Shown here piece after piece: positions 57,667-61,814 of a stretch of 61,814 nt of DNA; the stretch's first letter is position 1; every line of letters starts with the position of its first letter. This DNA is from an uncultured Candidatus Saccharibacteria bacterium (GTDB lineage Bacteria; Patescibacteriota; Minisyncoccia; UBA6257; 2-01-FULL-56-20): assembly GCA_964387675.1 (NCBI GenBank), contig CAYLWL010000004.1, positions 1-61,814 on the forward strand, read 5' to 3'. Under the pieces are notes generated by a model. It searched no databases and had not been told where the DNA came from. It saw nothing but the letters and a program-made list of their open reading frames with translations. The position numbers and the translations under genes were made by a program.

Positions 57667-59373
57667 TCAAATCTGCTCGAGAACCCTGATGCCAAGAAGT
57701 CCAAGCCCGGTTTTGAGAACTCGGGACGCCGCTTCTACTAAAGAAAGCAGAGCGGCGCGCCGCTCATCACCCTCCTCTTTTAAGATCGGCGTCGTTTCGT
57801 AAAGCTGATTAGAAAGGACTGCCAACTTGTAAAGAAAGTTCGCTATGTTGCTGGTCGAAAGATGCTCGCCGCTTCTTTTTACTTCGTCCGGGAACTCCAA
57901 AAGCTTGCGGATTATTCTCATCTCGATGTCTTGATTCAAGCCCGCATAGCTCTTCGCTCTTTGCTCTTTGCCATTTGCCTTTCGCAAGATGCTTCGCATT
58001 CTTGCGAAAGTGTACTGCAAGTACGGCGCGCTGTCGCCCGTTAGGTCAAGCATTTTCTCCCAATCGAACACGATATCGGAGGTGCGGTTTTCTTTGAGAT
58101 CGTTGTATTTCAAAGCGCCGACTCCAACCGCCTCGGCGATTTTCTCTCTTTCCGCCTCAGGAGTATCTGTTGCTTTTTTGTCAACAACCTCGCGGGCAAG
58201 CCGAATCACTTTTCCTAAAACCTCCTCCAAAAGAATCGCCCGGCCTTCGCGCGTGGCCAGTTTTTTTGAACCCTCGCCCAAGACCAAGCCATACTTGACG
58301 TGCTTGAGTTCCGCTCCTTTTAATCCAAGTATCTCCGCTATCGCAAAAAGTTGTTCAAAATGCAAAGATTGCTCGTTTCCCACAACATACAAAATCTTCT
58401 CGGGCTTGTATTTCGAGAGGCGGTATTCCAGATTGGCGATGTCGCGAGTGAGATACAAGCTCGCGCCGTCCGATTTTCGTATCAACGCCGGCGGCAAGCT
58501 GATTCCCCGCTTATCAAGCGCCACGATGACGGACCCTTCGCTCGTTTCGGCAACGCCTTGTTCGAGCAAACGCTCCACAAGCGGCTTCAAATCTTTTTCG
58601 TAGAAGCTTTCGCCTATCCAGGAATCGAATTTCACCCCCAGCGCCGCGTACATCTTCTCGAATTCTTTGAGCGACTCCTTTTTGAACCAGTGCCACAATG
58701 CCGCGTTTTCCTCGTCTCCTTCTTCCAATTTCTTGAATTCTTCTTGTCCGCGCTTTTCAAGCGCCGGGTCGCTTCTCATTTCGTCGTGAAATCTTACGTA
58801 CAGTTTTTGCAGTTCATCGATCGGATTTTGCTCAACTTTTTTTTTATCCCCCCACAACTTATAGGCGGCTATGAGCTTTCCGAACTGCGTCCCCCAGTCG
58901 CCCAGATAATTCCAGCGGATTACGTCGTAGCCCAAAAACTCGGAGATGTTCGCCAAAGCATCGCCAATGATCGTGGTGCGCAAATGGCCCACGTGCATTT
59001 TTTTGGCAATGTTCGGCTGGGAGTATTCGACGATAATAATTTTTTTCTTCCCGATATCGCTCCGTCCATAATCCTCGATGTTGTCGCGGATCGCGCCGAA
59101 CGCTTTTTGCAAAGCTTCGTTCGAAATCCAAAAATTTATAAACCCTGGCGCCGCGACTTCGATCTTCTCAAAAAAATCCTTTGGGGCCGCTTTCTCCAGT
59201 TTTTTTTTCAACTCCTCGGCCAGCGCCATGGGCGTTTTGCCCTCCTGCTTCGCGAGCCGCAAGGCAATGTTCGTGGCATAGTGGCCTTGGTTTTCGTGCT
59301 CGGGGACGAAAACTTCCGCACCACGCAGGCCAACCCCTTCTAATTCTAATATTTTTTCTATCGTTTTTTTCAT
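57667..59373 (-). CDS. argS: Arginyl-tRNA synthetase
   Basis: GHYATN.A, GFINF, EYSQPNIAK.MHVGHLR, GDWGTQFG, GDSAPYLQY. Confidence 0.97.
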   Translation of the reverse strand: MKKTIEKILELEGVGLRGAEVFVPEHENQGHYATNIALRLAKQEGKTPMALAEELKKKLEKAAPKDFFEKIEVAAPGFINFWISNEALQKAFGAIRDNIEDYGRSDIGKKKIIIVEYSQPNIAKKMHVGHLRTTIIGDALANISEFLGYDVIRWNYLGDWGTQFGKLIAAYKLWGDKKKVEQNPIDELQKLYVRFHDEMRSDPALEKRGQEEFKKLEEGDEENAALWHWFKKESLKEFEKMYAALGVKFDSWIGESFYEKDLKPLVERLLEQGVAETSEGSVIVALDKRGISLPPALIRKSDGASLYLTRDIANLEYRLSKYKPEKILYVVGNEQSLHFEQLFAIAEILGLKGAELKHVKYGLVLGEGSKKLATREGRAILLEEVLGKVIRLAREVVDKKATDTPEAEREKIAEAVGVGALKYNDLKENRTSDIVFDWEKMLDLTGDSAPYLQYTFARMRSILRKANGKEQRAKSYAGLNQDIEMRIIRKLLEFPDEVKRSGEHLSTSNIANFLYKLAVLSNQLYETTPILKEEGDERRAALLSLVEAASRVLKTGLGLLGIRVLEQI

Positions 59374-59383
59374 AACCTACCGC

Positions 59384-59423
59384 AACAACATCCTTACAAA
59401 CTCCAGTTTGTAAGGATGTTGTT
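59384..59423. repeat. Palindrome family P1, copy 3 (perfect 18-bp arms)
   Basis: AACAACATCCTTACAAAC-TCCA-GTTTGTAAGGATGTTGTT between the HTH stop and the argS start. Confidence 0.95.
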
Positions 59424-59429
59424 ATGCGC

Positions 59430-59705
59430 TTATATACGTTGAAAGGATTCCAGAAAACGGACGAAGACTTTCCCGTATGGAGAAAGAGAGTGTTCGACAA
59501 ACTTGCCGCGATATTTCTTGTTGATTAATCCTGCTTGGTGAAGCCGCCGCGCGTGCTCGCCTATCGTTTTTTCGTTCGCCCCAAGCTCCCCAATGATGTC
59601 ATCAAGGGTTATCCCTTCTCGCTCGGAAACAAGAAGCAGTATCGCAATTCGATAATGATTCGCCATTCCCTTGAGATGCCGCTCCATCTGTTTTGTTGTC
59701 TTCAT
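59430..59705 (-). CDS. Small ArsR-like winged helix-turn-helix protein
   Basis: KGMANHYRIAIL, ITLDDI...L....TIGEHARRL..AGLI.K...G..V.H.L; ATG 59705 lies 7 nt after TATAAT. Confidence 0.85.
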   Translation of the reverse strand: MKTTKQMERHLKGMANHYRIAILLLVSEREGITLDDIIGELGANEKTIGEHARRLHQAGLINKKYRGKFVEHSLSPYGKVFVRFLESFQRI

Positions 59706-59712
59706 TTTTTTA

Positions 59713-59753
59713 ATTATATACAACACAGAACATCCTTACAAACTCCAGTTTGT
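59713..59753 (-). promoter_or_regulatory. HTH gene promoter overlapping P1 copy 4 (59729-59753)
   Basis: TTGTAA (59736-59741, inside the palindrome) -17nt- TATAAT (59713-59718); the first 25 nt of P1 are exact and the distal arm is degenerate. Confidence 0.75.
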
Positions 59754-59809
59754 GGGTGTATTATATAAAACGGGTGGCAAAGAAAAAACTGTGTGTATAA
59801 TCTCATGAT

Positions 59810-59844
59810 AAAAAGAGAGCTCCGCCAAATATGGCGAAGCTTTT
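59810..59844 (-). terminator. Terminator-like hairpin after the DUF4159 gene
   Basis: AGCT.CGCCA/TGGCG.AGCT stem with T-runs on both strands. Confidence 0.55.
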
Positions 59845-59888
59845 AAGAACCGCTCTTCTTGGCTCGTGGAAAAGTCACGTTCATTTTC

Positions 59889-60746
59889 TCAATGTGTAAG
59901 GGCGTAGAGAAAGATGTTGATGCCCAGCTCGTATCCAATCGGCGAAAATTTGAAAAAATATTCTTTTGTGGTATCGAAACCCTCCCTCTCCCACGCGTCT
60001 CCAATGTCGGTGTTGTGAGTCATAACGGCCATGAGCCGTCCCCTCTTGTCCTCAATCCCCCTAAAATGGACATCCTTGCTGTCCTCGCCCCGCTCGGATG
60101 TTTGCCCTTTATTCCTGTACCAAAAACCGATGTTCGGTATCTGCGGCACGCGCGGTATTGAAAATAACTGATTCATGATCGGGTGCGTCGCGGGGATGTC
60201 AATCATCGAATACGATTCGGAGGGCAACACTCGCCGAATCTGTTGCTCCCAATGATTCCAACTCTGCGACCCCCAAAAGTCGTCCGCCCACAGAAATCCG
60301 CCTTTCTCGAAGTAAAGACGGAGATTGGCAACTTCGCTCTCGGTAAGTCCGATTGTTCCCGGGTCGGAAAGAAAAAGCACCGGGCAGTGAAAGAGCAGTG
60401 GGCTGTCCAAGCGCACGACCACGTAAACAGGGTCACGGTTAACGTCCCGCCGTATCCGCGCCTTCGTCAACTCGGAAAATCGCACCAAAAAATTGTAATC
60501 CGCTCCGGGATAGTCGGTGTACCAACCCCAAACTCCCTTCTCTTCGCGGTTCTGATTGTAATACCCCCTACAAAAAACAAGGGGACCCTCAAAATCAGAC
60601 AAGGTTGCCCAACGGGGAGGAACCATTATACTGCCATCGACTGGATTAACATCCGTCGGACCGACCCAAATCTGCCCCCATACCGGCTCAAACCCAAACA
60701 GGAGCAGCGAGAGCAAAGCGCATAGTACCGGCTTCCGCATATTCAT
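59889..60746 (-). CDS. DUF4159 domain secreted protein
   Basis: W.TDYP.AD.N, P.LFLSDPG, Y.EKGGFL.ADDFWG, HNTDIGDAWE; ATG 60746 after AAGGAG; signal peptide. Confidence 0.85.
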   Translation of the reverse strand: MNMRKPVLCALLSLLLFGFEPVWGQIWVGPTDVNPVDGSIMVPPRWATLSDFEGPLVFCRGYYNQNREEKGVWGWYTDYPGADYNFLVRFSELTKARIRRDVNRDPVYVVVRLDSPLLFHCPVLFLSDPGTIGLTESEVANLRLYFEKGGFLWADDFWGSQSWNHWEQQIRRVLPSESYSMIDIPATHPIMNQLFSIPRVPQIPNIGFWYRNKGQTSERGEDSKDVHFRGIEDKRGRLMAVMTHNTDIGDAWEREGFDTTKEYFFKFSPIGYELGINIFLYALTH

Positions 60747-60847
60747 CGCGAACTCCTTATGAACTGTGAAGATTCTTCTTGAAGGATAGCTCCTCTGCGG
60801 CCAAGATGGCAAATCCCCGCGGCAACAACCGCTATAATGATTACTAT

Positions 60848-61312
60848 ATGACAAAAACGCCCTCGGAAAATCGTCGGGCTTGCCTCGCCGAGAATAGGCG
60901 GGCTAGATTCGATTATGAAATTCGCGAGTCGATCGAGGCCGGAATCGAGCTTTTTGGTTTTGAAGTGAAAAGCGCCAAGCTCGGCAGAATGGGAATCGCG
61001 GGGAGCTATGTAATCATCCGCGGCAACGAAGGATGGCTTTTGAATTCCCGAATTCCGCCGTACCAAGAGAAGAATACGCCGAAAGATTATAACCCAAGCC
61101 GGACACGCCGGCTTCTTTTGCATAAGCATGAAATATCGAAGCTCGTGGGCCTGCTGAAAGAAAAATCTCTCTCGATTGTTCCTCTCCGGGCGTATCTCAA
61201 AAACGGTTTTATCAAAATAGAACTCGGCATCGGAAAATCGCGCAAGGCCGGCGACAAAAGAGAACTCTTAAAAAAACGGGCGGCGCGAAGAGAAATGCGG
61301 ATGGGCGGTTGA
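60848..61312 (+). CDS. smpB: SsrA-binding protein
   Basis: NRRARFDYEI, EAGIEL.G.EVKS, R.RRLLLHK.EI, GK..GDKRE. Confidence 0.95.
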   Translation: MTKTPSENRRACLAENRRARFDYEIRESIEAGIELFGFEVKSAKLGRMGIAGSYVIIRGNEGWLLNSRIPPYQEKNTPKDYNPSRTRRLLLHKHEISKLVGLLKEKSLSIVPLRAYLKNGFIKIELGIGKSRKAGDKRELLKKRAARREMRMGG

Positions 61313-61371
61313 CAATGAAAGATGGTAAGCAGAAAATAACTACAGCTTAAACTCTTGAAAAGGAGGTGGGC

Positions 61372-61779
61372 GTGAAAAGGCCCCTGGTCAAGATTTATGT
61401 TTTTCCGGGCGGGAAAAGGCCGAGGCGGCAAACCAAAAATGCCGTCGGTTACGATATTCATTTGCGAGCGCTCGTTTCACCGATTGAAATGGATCTCGAC
61501 AATCCCGCCGTTCGAAAAACGGTCTTCGATTTTGAAACGATGCCTCTTGATCCCGAAGTCGCGCGGCATATACGCAAAGAAGAAGTCGTACCCGGGCGCG
61601 GCGAGGAATGGGTGTATGTTCTGAAGCCGGGAGAATCGGTAGTCGGGGGGGTCGGGTTTGCGACTGAAATGCCGTTCCCCACCTACTATCTCGTGGGACA
61701 AAGAAGCGGAGTTTCATCCAAGCCCGGCGGAGTGAAGATTACAAATCTTCTGACACCGATAGCCCGCCCGACCCCCTGA
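61372..61779 (+). pseudogene. dUTPase-like protein lacking motifs 3-5 (truncated)
   Basis: AVGYDI (motif 1) and QRSG (motif 2) present; TGA at 61777 comes before any GxIDxDY; strong AAGGAGG RBS. Confidence 0.55.
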
Positions 61780-61814
61780 ATCCGAAAACCCTCACACGAG
61801 GCGTTTTTTGTTTC

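Noticed and set aside
61312-61814. tmRNA gene next to smpB
   Set aside because: No tRNA-Ala-like GGGG...CCACCA ends were found; the region is occupied by the dUTPase-like ORF.

Overview
Chromosomal segment of a Patescibacteria (CPR, most likely Parcubacteria) genome read in the standard genetic code. The lineage is inferred from gene content and compact gene spacing. Housekeeping genes: rpiB, gap, infC-rpmI-rplT, polX, udg, murE-like, ruvA, ligA, rnj, trpS, ileS, argS, smpB, tRNA-Arg(CCG) and tRNA-Leu(CAG). A type IV pilus/competence locus spans about 31.4-45.6 kb (pilM/N/O/B/T/C/A/D, minor pilins, comF). Accessory genes unusual for CPR are scattered throughout: a sigma54-type activator, an acyl-CoA dehydrogenase, an adenosine deaminase, a DUF4159 protein and a ClpP-like protease. 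An IS1595 element with an 8-bp target duplication splits an AAA+ ATPase gene. The most striking unexplained structure is non-coding. (1) A 34-bp palindrome occurs four times; two copies bracket a small winged-HTH gene and one supplies that gene's -35 box. (2) Two further AT-rich hairpin families, one a perfect 50-bp palindrome. (3) About 20 seven-nucleotide-period tracts, as mirrored arm pairs between genes and as single arms inside proteins. (4) Two tRNA-Leu 5' halves truncated at the same anticodon position, in tandem before the intact tRNA-Leu. (5) Several MITE-like nested-hairpin elements. No CRISPR array or rRNA was seen. All family assignments come from motif recognition by eye, not database searches.
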